Under the pieces are notes generated by a model. The model was not told the DNA's origin. It did no database searches and was given only the letters and a program-made list of their open reading frames with translations. From assembly GCA_010093815.1 (NCBI GenBank), contig ML996583.1: a DNA stretch of 64,000 bases; one strand, given 5' to 3'. Position 1 is the stretch's first letter. The number at the start of each line of letters is the position of its first letter. This stretch comes from Pseudovirgaria hyperparasitica. Lineage: Eukaryota. Made by a program: the position numbers and the translations under genes. Below are positions 26,963 to 40,828 of this stretch, piece after piece.

Positions 26963-28674
26963 TTACTCAAAGAGGCAGGATCCATAGACACCTATTTTAT
27001 TCCTGCGCATCCCCTCTTCGCTTTCCGTACCAGGCATGAGAGGACTGATCACGAAGCCCCACCACCGTATAGCCGTATTGTGCTGGCCCAGCTGGCCTCG
27101 GCTGTGACTTTCCTCAGTGGGCATAACGCGGCCATTTACACTGTCTGCGCGCATACTATTTAGGAATCTTTTAATCGTGCCTCCCATGCGAAGCTGCGAG
27201 AAGTATGCGAGGATGGCCTGTAGTTCCTCTTCGTTTTCGCTGGCGCCGAAGTACAGCATTGCAATTCCCATAGGGAAGGATGCGTTAGTAGGTCCAATGC
27301 CACCAAGTGCGGGATGGAAAAAGTACGGCGCGGCTTTGCGGATCATGGTTGCGTATTGGCTAGGTTCTGTGTGTGGAGATAGTGTCATAGGGGCATAGCT
27401 TGGTCGGAGGGCACCGAGGTCAGCTATGACTTGGCGAAGGTTGGTGTATACGACGATGCATATTGCCCAGTATAGTATGGTGATATGTGCGAGAGAATAG
27501 ACCCCTGCAGGTACATCATTCGGGCTGTCTATGAGAGCTTCAGGCCAGGCATGGCTGAAGTTAGACTTACGGCAAAAAGCTTGCAGTTTGTCCATCCAGT
27601 CTTGTAGTGCAATGTCTATATGACAGCATCTGCCGACGATGCACTGTAGCTCATCGAAAACGAGATCTGAGTCTTCGCCGGTGTAAAGCATGGCACGAGT
27701 CGCATCGACATTCTCGAGCATGTCAGGGACAACCGCTAGAATGTCTATCACTTCGTCTCTCAGATTCTTAGGATTCTTAGACCACGGTTTGCTGAGCCAT
27801 TCTTCAGTGTTGAAGAAGCTCTTCTTCCGCGCTTGTATTGCTGATATCAGGCCGTTCAGTCGCATCGATCGAAACTGTCGATGAGCTAAACCGTCCGAAT
27901 GTCGCTCTGGTCCTCTTACTTGGAGGAGTATACAAACCCCTTTCGTGTGGCTCATCCAACTGTATCCAAGCGATTGAATCTGCTCCCTTCCTGTTGCGGC
28001 TGCAGCGCCCTGAAATACCTCGTAGAGCGCTAGAACTGCACAAGCATATAAGACATCGTCGCTCAACCTTCGATTTCTGTATCTCAAAGCGACATTTAAT
28101 TCCTTGAGTGCATCTCCATACAGCTTGATGCTGTGATGAAGGGTATCGTTATTGTCTGGATCGAGAAGGTGTAATCGCGCGAAGCTTAGAGCTAGAAGTG
28201 ACAATCTCAAGACCGAATCGCCGAATGCTAAACAGGAAGCCAGATCATACCATCCTATCGAAGTTGAGAGTTCAGCGAAAGGGCTCATGATGAGCTCTTT
28301 ACCCGGTAAGTGAATCTCCCAAAATCGGCCAAGGACCAAATTCTCCCACGACGCTCGATCAAGGCCATTGTGGACCAGCAATAGTGGGTCTTTCAACTGG
28401 TTCCTTGTCGACCGTTGACCTAAGCCACCGGTATCAGGTAATACACCTCGATTACCGTCTCTATAGGGCACAAAACTGAGTGGTCGCTCGTAGCCTTCGC
28501 ATACTCTGCCGCTCGCTAGACATTGGCCACATGCGGGCCGCCGCAAGTCGCACTTTAGTGAAAATGATTAGCAACCATAAAGAGTGATATGTTGCGCAAC
28601 AGGACAATACTTACGCCTTTCTTTCTTTTGCGACAGGTGTTACATCCTTTTGATCTCCCAGGGACACCAACCAT
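26963..28674 (-). CDS. Zn(II)2Cys6 transcription factor, 2 exons
   Basis: MVGVPGRSKGCNTCRKRKKG|CDLRRPACGQCLASGRVCEGYER; later LYGDALKEL, WMSHTKG..LLQVRGP, EWLSKPW typical of this class. Confidence 0.92.
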
Positions 28675-30161
28675 TACGTGAGTAAGACTAAAATGTTTCA
28701 CGAAAGAGTTCAGCCAAAGTATTCGTCTACCACACCATAAAGTACAGAGAAGTCTAGAAGACGCTCGACGCTTGGCTCAGGAGGAGCGCGTGGTATAATT
28801 TTGTTAATGAGCGCATCAGCAAGCCCGCACCGGCTATAACAGAGCAAGCATCGTCAAGACGAGGAGCGATTGCAGGCTTGCAGCGAATCCTCCTGGAACA
28901 CTCTAAAGCCATGTAGCGATCAGAGCGACTCGCACAAGAAATGTCGAAGTGCAATTACAGCTGCCATGGTAGGAAGTCAGATTATTAGTAAGTTGGTGCG
29001 TCTGAAGTGAGGAGGGTATGTAGCCAAGCTTGAAGGCTGAAAGTTGAGGCAAGACGCGCAAAATGGCTCCATTTCTGGCTTAGCGTGATAATGATCTAGC
29101 CTAAATTGGCATACTGGTTTTGATCTCAGACGTGTATTATCAAAGATCATCCAGGATAACAATTCGTCGCATTCATTCAAGTTTAACAGCTGAGTCTCGA
29201 GGTCAGTAATCAGAGTTGACAAGGCTATAGGCTGTGGTTCCTTCGAATTTGCGGTGCGAAGTCCTCGTGAGCCTATAGATGCTTAGAACGTATTTCGATC
29301 TTTCTTGTAATTAGACCTGACATTGCTCGGACTTGCTCGATAATGCTTGGCTCTCAATGTGAACTCTTCGTTACTTGTATTGCGCCCGCAAGACGGACGC
29401 TCGTATCATCAGCTCAAACATAGGGAGTCTCTTGGGTATGGGTCAGTGCCAGTCTCGGTCTCTATTGATGCATTTTCAACATCTTATATGGCGACAGGAC
29501 CGGATATTCTGTTTAAACACTCTGCATAGTAGATGATATGAGTCCACGCTGTAACATGTAGTCCGAAGACAAGTTTGAGAGGTTCCGCCACATATGTTAC
29601 AGCGTGTAAGCGCATGATGGCTGATGCTTAGTCGTGGGGGCCAAAAGACTTGATGAGACGCTCACGCCCTTTAGATGAATTATTAGTGAATAAGCAACAG
29701 CTTCTCTATGCAAATGCAAAGCGTATCATGCAGCATCGCAGATATACGAGGTATAAGGGGTCATGATCATCAACCTATACGAGCGAATACCCATAAACAC
29801 AAAGGCAAACAAGAATTACATTGCAGGCGCCTCGAAGACAACGGGTCAGCGACGAGGAAAGCTAGAGATCGTTCCGGCGACGCCACAAGAGACATAATAG
29901 GTCCATCTCATTGCCAAGTGCTTCGTTATTGCACTTGAACCACAAAACACCCGGTCGCACATCACATTTGGCGTCTGCACATGCAAGTTTGACTTCAGCC
30001 TCACGAGGTGCCATGTCGTATAAATTGCAAGCTCATGCCCACGCGCCTGTTGTCCGTGGTGGACTTCTAAATCCTGCAGCAAGTGCTTTGTCGCCGTGAA
30101 GAGCAGCAGTTGAACTTCGCGTGGACACCGCCATCCCCTATTCGGAACGCAACACGCTGCG

Positions 30162-31536
30162 ATGCGCGTCTATGCGGCATACCTGGGCCTCGTTCCAGCT
30201 TTGACCCAAGCTGCAGCTTTTCCGGGACCATTACCGACTCAATATCGAGTGCAGAAGATTCAAGCAGGATGGAACCCAAAGCCTACACAAGCTCCTAGTT
30301 TGGAGCTCTTCATGCAGCGACGCGACATTGGAATAGATCCAAATACTTGCGGTTGGGTTGATGGTCAATCAGGTACGTTCTGAGCCTACCGTTATATCGA
30401 TTTCATGCACTCATTTCTGTGTAGACGGAGCAGTGCAATGTCCTGCGGGAAACACTTGCATGCTATACACTCCTGATAACATCGTTGGCATGGCGGGATG
30501 CTGCTCCGGCGGTAACTTGCAGAATTGCGGGTAGGTGACAGTCACGCACAAATTAGTGAATATTAGCTGACTCGTACCTAGATGGAATACCGGCTGTGTT
30601 GATCAAGAGAATTACTCGACCGCCTGCAACGACCCGTCTTGCTTTAACAACCCGTTCATTGTCCTCTGTACCGATTCCTCGGCCCCTTTCTGCGTATCAT
30701 GGACGTATCCCGGCGACCAGATCCAAGACCATGGCTGCGGCACAGATGCAGCATCCACATGGCAGACGGTCGAGAAAGACATATCCACCGACGGTATCAC
30801 AACCTCTCTCGACCTTACATACGTCCCCGAGGAATCTGTGACAGGCTGGCGGGCTGAAGAGCAATCGACTCTCTACCCAACTGTCACTGCCGGCCAATCC
30901 TCACAACGTAGCTCTCGGAGCAGTTCCACGAACGCCCTCATAACTGGAGGCTCGTCCAATCCCAATTTCGACTACAGCGATCGACGAAGCCGCGTTTTGT
31001 CCATTGGTGCGATCGTAGGCATCGTCATTGGAGGCATATCTGCTCTCGCTGTCATTATCGGTGCAATAATATTTGTCTTCTGGGACCGCCGTCGCAAACG
31101 CCGCAACGCAGCTGCTGCGCAGTACAATCCAACCCAAAGCGGATTCAACAACGGCACAGATTCCACGTCGTATATGCCACAGGGCCCACCGCCGCCTATG
31201 CAGCAGTATGGGCAATCGCCACCCGTGGTGCAGGAGTACTACGGACAGGACAATAAATCCTATCCACAGGCGTCGCCACAGCCACAGTATGCGCAACCAT
31301 ATCCGTCTCCATCAGTATCACCGCATCCGCAAGCCGCAGTCCCAGTCCCAGCGCCATATCATAGGGGTTCGGCCGTGCCCTCCGAGCAGGATGGCCTGCG
31401 CCCACGTACAATACTTGGGTCGGACGGGAATAGTCCAGTCAGTGCAATAGCACATAGTCCAGTGAATGGACCTCCAGTTGAACCTCCGTCGCCCAATCAG
31501 CCACCTCCGCAAAGTCAGGTTCACGAGCTGGGCTGA
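30162..31536 (+). CDS. Predicted type I single-pass membrane protein: signal peptide, Cys-rich ectodomain, TM helix, Pro/Gln/Tyr-rich tail; 3 exons
   Basis: WNPKPTQAP, TCGWVDG, MAGCC, FCVSWTYP..DHGC; TM LSIGAIVGIVIGGISALAVIIGAIIFVFW followed by RRRKRR. Confidence 0.85.
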
Positions 31537-32028
31537 GCGGGTGGTCATGAAGCTAGAGTTGTAGCTGAAGCTTAAAAAAATTTGCATTTTAGCGGCGTAC
31601 TTTCGATGATAGCTTTTCGTGGGTGGCAAGTTTAACATAAATTGTGTAACACCCTGACGCCGGCGGCGACCCGTTCAGATTCCTACGAATGTTAGATCAT
31701 CTTCGCAATGATGCCTCTAGTAGAAGTGGAATATCTAACGGCGCTGTTCTGGTTGTTACCAAGGCTGCGTCTTACAAGTGGCGGAGGCTTGCTCACTATA
31801 CTGAAGAACATGTCTCCTGGGGTATAGACATCAGATAATACAAACCTAATCGTAATGTTGTAAGACGTCCCGTCATAAAGCTTATTTTGTATAAGTTCCC
31901 GTGAATCTCGGACGGCTGCGTGACATTCTGAGTGCGTAACGTTCTTGTTTGAGAAGCAAGGACAGATACCGCTATGATATTTGTCTAGCCAAAGTTCATA
32001 GGTAGCTAGCAGTAGGACGACTTGGGTC

Positions 32029-33171
32029 TCAATCCTCTACACTCGGAATCGCTGTTTCTCGACCAGTATCGATGAAACCTGTTAGATCAATAGGAGCCTC
32101 TGCTTTAAATCCGTTTTGCTCGGCCCAAGCTCTGACTTTGACTTTGTCTATGACAGCTTGTTCTTTCCCGGCACGTTTTTTGTGATCCAGTAAGTTCATA
32201 CTCTGAAGAGTCGTCACGATGTCCTCTGGAACTATATATGTTATATCACTAAGTTCTCGAACTGTTGTAGGTGGGTTCTTTTGGTGTGATTGTGGTGTAG
32301 GTACGTGCCGCGCGAGCATAACGCGAGCCAATGTCTGCGCCCAGAAATTCGTATACGCAAGACGTCCGAGAGTCGAGAGAGCTGCGAGTAGTTTTAGTAA
32401 GTGCACGGCATAGCGCCCAAGATAAAGGTATAGCATACGTTTCTCTGGACCACCCAGCCTGCCTTCCCGTTTGCTCAATTCATAGCTTACGCTCATAAGA
32501 ACTTGCCCTAGACCTTGCCGTTGCCATGGTGGGAAAACCAGTATACAGGCCAAGTTGTTATTATCCCAGCTCATTTTTTCTTTGCTAAAGAATCCGACAA
32601 CCTGAGGGCTTGTGCCATTTCCGTCGCTAGACGGAGTCTCCATGATTAGAAGATAGTATAAGAAGGTCGTCACATCGTAAAACACAGATTTGGTATCGAG
32701 AAAGAGCTTTGCAAAGAGTGATAGATTCTGAGCGTATAGCTTGTCAACTTCCCCATCGAGCTCGTGCAATGTATATCGTCCTTTGCTGTATATTTTGGTG
32801 CCGGGTGGAGGTCCGTTGCGAAGTGGGCATACCTTCTTTAAAGCACCGCATCAGTATACAAGATCTAGACAGCTGGTGTAGGCAGTACGCGAACTCACCG
32901 TATGTGTCAAGTACGGAAAGATTTCCTTAGAGTATTTAAAGCACCATTGGCATACGAGCAGTCGCTCGGTTGGAGGGGTAACAAGCTCTTCAGGATAGAA
33001 CGATGGAAACCACGGCTTGATCTGCACATTTCCTAGCACCACATTGAAGATGTTTGGCTGGACGGGCTCGGTCGCAGGCCGCCCAGAGGTTTTCCTTACA
33101 GGTGAATGTGATTGTTGGCCATCAGTTTTGCTTAGAAGTTCCATAGAGGACGATTGAGTCGAGTGACTCAT
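32029..33171 (-). CDS. MYST-family histone acetyltransferase, Sas2-like (no chromodomain), 3 exons
   Basis: IKPWFPSFYP, C2HC finger CQWCFKY...H...C, YAQNLSLFAKLFLDTKSVFYDV, VGFFSKEK, NNLACILVFPPWQRQGLG, GGPEK. Confidence 0.9.
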
Positions 33172-33542
33172 TTCTTTAGTGTGAGGTGTGCACAGCGTGG
33201 AGCGTCGTGAAGTTGAAGTATGAGTAGAGGAAAAGAGAGATCCGCTCCAGAGATGCCGCGCGTGTCGCGTCGCGTGTGTTGCAGAATGATACAAATGGCC
33301 ATGTACGATAAGGTGGCATGTTACAGTCTTGAATACTCAGCATTGATTCGTGTTCGTATAATTTATTCTTGAAGTCTTTGCCATGTAGGTTATGTTGAGT
33401 TCAGCTTGGTTCTTAAGCTTCCAAGGTTGGTACATCGGACGGTGCACGTCATCCAGGTTACTTCCATTTGCGGCGAGTTGCTCACCTCCGAGACAACTTT
33501 TCTGTGCCAAAGGTCGACTTCTCCACTTCCGACAAAACCATA

Positions 33543-34360
33543 ATGTTCATATCACGATCGCTACGGGCGAAAGCCACTCAGCTACGGTCGTCCCCATTAC
33601 AGATTCGTAATAGACGCCGTTCCTATTACACAGTTGACCATCCTGATCCGACTCCCTTCTCCGAAACTGAATCCGCTATTCTTTCCTCTGCCCTTTCCCG
33701 CGTCCCGACTCATGGCTTCTCTCAAAAAGCACTCAAGCTCGGTGCGCGCGATGCAGGATACTTGGATGTTTCGACCAATCTATTTCCACGTGGTACATTC
33801 GACCTTGTCAATTATCATCTAGTCACACGCCGAATGGCTTTGAAAGAGGAAGTGCAATTTCCGGAGCTGGACACACAGAGCGGCAATAAGCTCGGTGTAG
33901 GCGCGAGGGTACGAATACTGGCTCTAGCAAGACTACGAGCCAATAAGGATATCATTGGGAAGTGGCAAGATGTACGTGGATCCTTTAGCGATCTATCGAG
34001 AGTCCAATGTTAACACAAACCACGCAGGCCATTGCGATAATGGCACAGCCCTCGTATGTCTCCGCGTCACTCTCCGAGCTAGCACGTCTATCAGATGAGA
34101 TATGGTATCTTGCCGGTGATAAAGCTGTGGATGCAAGCTGGTATACAAAGCGTGCGACGCTGTCTGCAATTTACTCTGCAGCCGAGCTCCACCAGACACA
34201 AGATCAAAGTCCTAATTTCATAGAGACGGAAAGGTTTCTCGATTCAAGGCTAGAAGATCTGAGGAAGGTCTCCAGCTTGGCAGGCGGATTTGGTGGATGG
34301 GTAGGATACACTGCACAATCAGCAGTGAATGTGTTACGGAGTAAGGGCGTAAAAATATGA
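33543..34360 (+). CDS. COQ9: Ubiquinone biosynthesis protein Coq9, 2 exons
   Basis: ILSSALSRVPTHGFS, LFPRGTFDLV, LSDEIWYLAGDKAVDASWYTKRATLSAIYSAAEL, DQSPNFIETERFL. Confidence 0.94.
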
Positions 34361-34662
34361 TGTTCAACCACGGGCACATATATGGATGCTGTAAGACAGG
34401 CAAGAGCGTTTCGTTCTCACTGACGGCGTGCAGACCTGTGTAGCACAACTGCATATCTTAATTAGAGACCCATTATCCGAAAGCCAACATATAAGCTTCA
34501 AGATCAATTAGACATGAAAGTAATTCCTGGCTCCTAACAACTACATCTCCAAACTCGAAACTCGAACGACATGTCTGGGGTATACTATCGTTGACTAGTT
34601 GTCCTGGCTGGGCTTCACCGTCATCCATACACATAATCAATGATGACGATATCGCCAAGCTT

Positions 34663-35618
34663 TTATGAAGCACCATTGTTGTTGGTCTTTGCCTTCTCTT
34701 TGGCCCTCCTCAACTCGGTTCCACTCTTGATTACTGTGCTGAGGTCTCCGACCGGTAAATTGACCGGGAAGTCCACAGTGCTAAGCATCAAGACAAGAAG
34801 TAGATATAATCCGATAATGATGACTGGGAAACCTACGGCCCCTGCGGCGACGGTATAGTTGTGGAGTTTCTCAAAATTCCCTTGGGCACCGTAGAATTGG
34901 GCTGCAGAGAATACGGGAAAGACAATAGTGAGGAGAGCAAAAGCTAGGACGAAGAGCACGTTCGTGCGCAAGGCACAGATAGTGCTATAGAGGGAGAAGA
35001 TTCCCATGAAGATTCCGACGTAGGCGTTGGAGGAGAGAAACCCAGCTGTTGCTAGGCCGCCCATTCCGGCCATGTCTTGTTCAGCGAAAGCACCAGCTGC
35101 GTTGAACCATGGAGTCAAAGTTGCACCATAGTACTTCAAATGATTAGCTTATATACCGGAAGCAATTATGTTGGGGGACTCACAAGAAAGAAAGCACCAT
35201 ACACTGCAAAAAACGTCGACGGAAAGCTGTTGCCAAGAATGAATTCGCCGATGGCAGCGAGGATTGCTAGCAAGCCACCGAAGAAGTAGAACGTTCCGAC
35301 TGTCGCCGCACCGTTTCCAGCAGCGCCTCTCCATCCCATGAAGGTGATAATGATAGGAGCGTATGCGAGCAGGAACCCGGCCAAACCCCTGAGCTTTCTG
35401 TCAGTCACGAGTCTGAAACACACAATACTCAAAGCTTACAATGGGGTTGGGTTGCCAAAGGTCTTCCTCAGATCACCCTTGACGGCGCCGTACGGAGAAA
35501 GATACATGCGTTCGAACATCTCGGGCGTCATGGTGATCGAGCCGGCCGTTTGCGTAGGCGCCAACGGCGGCATGCCTGACTGACCCTGGTTGCCTTCCTT
35601 TTCATCTGTGCTGCTCAT
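34663..35618 (-). CDS. GPR1/FUN34/YaaH (ATO/AlcS-like) acetate/ammonium transporter family, 3 exons
   Basis: FERMYLSP...LRKTFGNPTPL|GLAGFLL, MGWRGA, FFGGLL, EFILGNSFPSTFFAVYGAF, CALRTNV, LPVGDLS. Confidence 0.92.
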
Positions 35619-37168
35619 ACTGGCAATTGGTGTGGTGTACTGTTAACAATATGAGCGGACAGTATTATAACGAAAAGTGGCACACGACCTTCTAAGACGA
35701 TGAGATTGGTGACAACAACTTCCACGGGAGGCGAGCCTTTTTATACATGCGTGATATAGGTCAACTCGTTGTCCTCGGGTAAGTACGTTTGGTAAATCTA
35801 AGCTTTATCCACATCTTTCCCCGTCCTTCGACCAATTTTGTTGCGTTACATGCTGATTCGCTGGATAGCTTCTTCGAACGGCGCTGGCATCACGATCGGC
35901 GCTGGCAGGGGTCATGGTGACACCATGGGGAACATTAGTCTCGAACATAGCTACGGTACATATCTGATTTAGGCATCCAGCCCTGACAGTCATTATACAT
36001 TGTAGTGAGACAACAAGATGATTGGATATGATATTGCACCATATACGACCAAGAGTGTGATATTCAAGTCTCTGGTGGTGTTGATTATATCGTATGTTGC
36101 CTCAGCGAAGTAACGCCATCCGAGGTATGCAGGTTGTATACCAAACATCCCGTTTCGTTCATCCCGCAGAGAGAGCTACGGGAACGCTGATACGATAGTA
36201 GAATAGCTCTGTCGATCATTGTACCCAAAGAGGACTTGCAAGCCTACCAGTACTGGATCATTCGATCGTATATGACTGGTTTAAGGGCGGTATCTTCTTC
36301 AGGGTCAATGTTATCGAGTGAAGCACAAACTCTGTTAACAAAAACATGTTCTGCCTGTGTGCTGTCAGCATTTCATCGCGAGTCTCAATGGAAAATAACC
36401 GTAACATCGATGTACTAAAACTCTAGTCCTTTGCCTAGGCAAGCCACGCTCATACACTACTAAAAACCTACTCCATAATACTGACGCCTGTCTTAGTGGC
36501 GTAAATCGTCACGGCTGTCACTGTTTCCCGATTAGCGCACTAACTGAAATAGGCAAATTCGACAAAGCTACCGGAGTACCCCAGATTTTAACACGGGAGG
36601 ATTTAGTATGATTCGTGGATATAACACCGCATATTTCGATGTTTCCCTTCTACTTAATCAATGCAGTATCCGATACGGGGATACCCGACAAGTAAATCAT
36701 AAGTCGGCTGGTTCGCATTATTGACTGGATTAGATACTTCTATTCTCTTGTCGATCATATAGATTAGACGCAGAGCAAGAATGTGATGCCTCCTACTACT
36801 GGCACATACCACAATTTGCGCTCGTCTTCGTCTTAGAATACAAAACATGAAATCAGCATTCCAAAATTGCGAGCGATGTTGCGCCGTCAATCTGCCGCAA
36901 AGTACGAAGCTGCCAAGCAGGTTGCGCAAGCAAGTCTCCACAGCCTCGTCTCGCTGTAGTCCCCACGACAGATCCCCACCAAAAAGCATCACCGCGCCAC
37001 GAAACAAAGTGGGCAGTAGAGCAAATTCTAATGAGAACTGGAGACTTTCTCCTTGAAATTAGATGCTGTGACGCACTCCACGCGGCCCGAGCCACGATGC
37101 ATAACGTACAGTCGTTGCGCAATGAATGGGAGTGCGTAATTCCAGGAGAAGTGGTTTCGTCGAGTGAT

Positions 37169-37180
37169 TATATATATAAA
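37169..37180 (+). promoter_or_regulatory. TATA box candidate for the carboxylesterase gene
   Basis: TATATATATAAA ~90 nt upstream of the ATG at 37268. Confidence 0.55.
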
Positions 37181-37267
37181 GAAGTTGTGAAACAACGTGA
37201 TACTGAGGTATCTACTACCAACGCCTAATCCATTGCTTGAACAGCCTCATAGCTAGGCATATCCGCC

Positions 37268-39013
37268 ATGAGAGCCTCATCTTTTTCACTCCTTGCCATC
37301 GCGGCGCCCTTGGCTACTGCATATCCACAGCAAAGCACACCTACCACGAGGGCAGTATCGAATTCTTCCATGCCCTCCGTTACCTTGGACTATTCTACTG
37401 TCGTTGCAACAGCCGGAAACTCGTCCATCGGCTACTACAAATACCAGAATATCCGCTTCGCTGCAGTCCCCACGGGTGACCTGCGCTGGGCAGCACCGGA
37501 ATGGCCTCCAGTCGAGAGTGTAGTGAACGATGGCAGTCTCGCTGATGCAGATGTCGATTGCGCTTCTACTGAGGACTGTCTATACCTGGATATATGGGCA
37601 CCGGCAGACGCTGCTGGCCGAAATCTCCCGGTCATGGTGTGGACGTACGGCGGCGGCTTCACCGGCGGATCAAAGAGTGAGAACACTCCTGAAGGGCTGT
37701 TCGATCTGACGACGGACTTCATCTTTGTTGCGTACAACTATCGTCTTGGAATGACTGGTCTGGCGAATGGCGTGACACTGTTACATGAAGGTGGCACTTC
37801 TAATACGGCGATTTGGGATGTGCAGCATGCGTTCCAGTGGGTGCAGAAGTATATTGGCGAGTTTGGTGGGAACAAGGACGATGTCACTGCTGTTGGCTTC
37901 TCTGCTGGTGCATCTCAAGTTCTGTTCCAGGTGACTGTAAGTATGGACTGTGAAATATGCGGACTGTGTGCTAACAATTGGCCCTCATAGCGCTTCGCCG
38001 GGCACGCAGAACAATTGTTCAAGCAGGCATATGTCATGTCTCCTGGATTCGTCCCTGGCGCTGGGCACCACCACGCTGAGATGTTCTGGCAAAATGTCTC
38101 AACGTCAGTTGGTTGCAACGGCGGTTCTCTAGACTGTATGCGGCAAGTAGACTTCGACACGTTGTCTACCGCAGCCAGCGACGTGGAGAGTGCTTATAAC
38201 TATCAATTCCAGCCGCGCGTGGATGGAAACATTATTGCAGACACTTGTGAGCCCAACATCACAGCCATTATGTTCCTCTAACTGACTGATTACTCCTCAG
38301 ACGAGGCTCAGCTTTACCAGAAGCATTTCAACTTCAGTGGCCCCTTCGTCATAACCCATGAAGTCCACGAGATGAACAGCCAAGACTACAGCGGCGTCAA
38401 CACCACCGCCGATGTCTCTACATATCTACGCATCTTCTTTCCCGCCATTACTGACGACGTCGTATCTGAAGCGTTGGAGCTCTATCCAGAGGCCGACTAC
38501 ACCTCTCCAGGCCTACGATTTTCCGACATGAAGCAAAGCTTCGATCTGACAGCCCACAATCTAGCACTGACCCAGGCCCTGGACAACCAGACATGGAACG
38601 CGCTTGTTGCTCTGGGAGCAGCAACTCATGGGACGGATCAGAATTACTACTGGTATAGCACATATACCCTGTCCTCTTCGACAAAGACTTCAAGCAACTC
38701 CACGAGTAGTGCCCCTACAGCGAGCAGCAACACTACGATGTCCACTGTACCAGGAGGAGCGGGTGGTATGGGTGGTATGGGAAGCACGACAGTCGATGCG
38801 ACGGTGGCCAGACAGATGCAGAAGTATTTGATGTCGTTTGTGTTGACGGGAAACCCTAACTCCCTCTGGAGCAGTGACAAGTTATACTGGCCGCAGTACA
38901 CAGCGGGAAATACTTCCACCACAGAGCTAGTGTTTAACACAACGATGTATCTTGAAGAAGACAGTTTGGCGAATGCGAGGAGCCTTTTCTGGAATAAGGT
39001 GTTATGGTATTAG
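37268..39013 (+). CDS. Secreted type-B carboxylesterase/lipase (alpha/beta hydrolase), at least 3 exons
   Basis: Signal peptide; NIRFAAVPTGDLRWAAP, EDCLYLDIWAP, LPVMVWTYGGGF, YNYRLG, nucleophile GFSAGA, candidate catalytic His in ATHGTD. Confidence 0.93.
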
Positions 39014-39619
39014 AGAAACCTTAGCCATAGAGGAGAAATTATTAGAGTAGCATGAAATAAGCAAAGTAGTTTTCTTAGTCTATTATGTTGAATATGTTGA
39101 CAGTAAATCTGGTATCTGGCGATCCATCTGTGTTCATGACGCCGTAAGTGGTGACTTCATACTTCGAGACGCTCAACATGATGTGAACCCGAAGGCAACG
39201 TAGTTTGTACATATGAAGGTTTTAAGGCAAGGACTATCTGAACCATCACGTAATGCCCTCGTATTTGAAGATCAGAGTAGTAGCGATACCCGATCTCACA
39301 TTCAGAGATTTGTGCCATTCAACGAGACTTTTATATTGACGAGAGGAAAGGGTTGCGTCATTCTTCTACGCTCTTACTATGTCATACTAACCTCATATCT
39401 TAATGGGATCAGGTGTCTAACAACATGAGCTCGTGTAGTGTAAGCAAGATCGATCAAAGAGCTAAGCCAGCTTGGCGGCTTACTCAGGGGTATATGCAAC
39501 AGAAATGAACAACGCCGTGTACTGCCTCGGCGGCGAAATTTGGACAAATGCGATAGTTTTTTGAACGCCGGAAGAATGTGGACTTTTGGACGCTATCGAA
39601 TAAGCGTCAGCTGGACGGC

Positions 39620-40828
39620 TCAGCCAAAATGGAGACCTTCTTTGTTGAATGCGTGAAGCATGCTCAGAAAGTCACCTTCGTCGCAGTTTCGTGCTCGCTT
39701 CTCAGCCAGCTCAGTATCGTTCTCGAGCACCTTGCGCACCTTCTCTCGAACCAGTTCCGAGACTCTGCCTCTTTTCTTCCTCTTGCCACCGCCTCGCTTT
39801 GACTGTGACTTGAGCACCTGAGCTTCCTTGAAGTAATCTGGAAGATCATCTACTTCGTCTTCGTCCACTTCCATGATGCCGTTCCATTCCTCCTCTCCGT
39901 CGTCAACCATGGCTGTGTCCTCGGTCAATTCGCCCTCGGCAAGTGGTGAATCGTCCAATACTACATCATTTTGTGCTGCCCATAGACGGTAATTCTCTGT
40001 TAGCATGTCGAGCACACTTGTCGTCCCCAAGAATGCGGCTCTTAACGTCTTATTCTTCCTTACAAAACACACTCTAAGCATGCCGTCCCACTCGTCGAAG
40101 GAGATCGCCGGCCTCGGAACTTTTGGTATCAGCCTAACAACCGATGATTCCACATTTGGTGGTGGATTGAAGTTGTTCCTCCCGACTTTCATGACATGCG
40201 TGACATGAGCGTAGAATTGTGCGTTAACGCTTAGCCTTGAATATAATTTCTCGCCAGGCCTAGCAAATAGCCGGGCCGAGAACTCTTTCTGAAACATGAG
40301 TACGGCACATCGAGGAGGACGTTCGAGGGATAATAATTTGAATACGAGCGGCGAGGAAATCTGATATGGAGTGTTCGATATACAGACGTCAAATGGAGGT
40401 AGCTCCGTTTTGATGACATCACCGAGAAGGATGCTCAGCCGTTGGTGCAGGGCAGGCGTCGGTTGAACGCGTTTAGTCAGTTCTGCTGCCATTCGAGGAT
40501 CCATTTCTACGGCTGTGACATGCTTTGCGGTTTGCAGGATACGGACTGTCAGATTACCAGTTCCGGGACCAACTTCCAGGACGTGCTGACTGTTGTAAGC
40601 CAAAGTTATAATGGGTTGAACAGCGAGTTCTTTACTTACATCACTCTGTTTCAGGTCTGCCTTATCAACAATTGCCTGCGCTACTCCAGGGTTCTTGAGG
40701 ATATGCTGGCCGAGATCTGTGTTCATCTTGAATATCGAGTTGGCTTTCGCCTTCTGAGCCTGTGCATAGGGCGCGCTGCCAGCAGTAGCCGCAGAGGCAT
40801 TGCGCTTATGGTTATGTTGCTTGGGCAT
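39620..40828 (-). CDS. DIM1: 18S rRNA dimethyladenosine transferase, 2 exons
   Basis: [59 protein letters not shown]. Confidence 0.97.
   Translation of the reverse strand: MPKQHNHKRNASAATAGSAPYAQAQKAKANSIFKMNTDLGQHILKNPGVAQAIVDKADLKQSDVSKELAVQPIITLAYNSQHVLEVGPGTGNLTVRILQTAKHVTAVEMDPRMAAELTKRVQPTPALHQRLSILLGDVIKTELPPFDVCISNTPYQISSPLVFKLLSLERPPRCAVLMFQKEFSARLFARPGEKLYSRLSVNAQFYAHVTHVMKVGRNNFNPPPNVESSVVRLIPKVPRPAISFDEWDGMLRVCFVRKNKTLRAAFLGTTSVLDMLTENYRLWAAQNDVVLDDSPLAEGELTEDTAMVDDGEEEWNGIMEVDEDEVDDLPDYFKEAQVLKSQSKRGGGKRKKRGRVSELVREKVRKVLENDTELAEKRARNCDEGDFLSMLHAFNKEGLHFG

Noticed and set aside
31708..31804. Possible C/D snoRNA (ATGATGC...CTGA)
   Set aside because: Imperfect C box, no terminal stem or recognisable rRNA guide.
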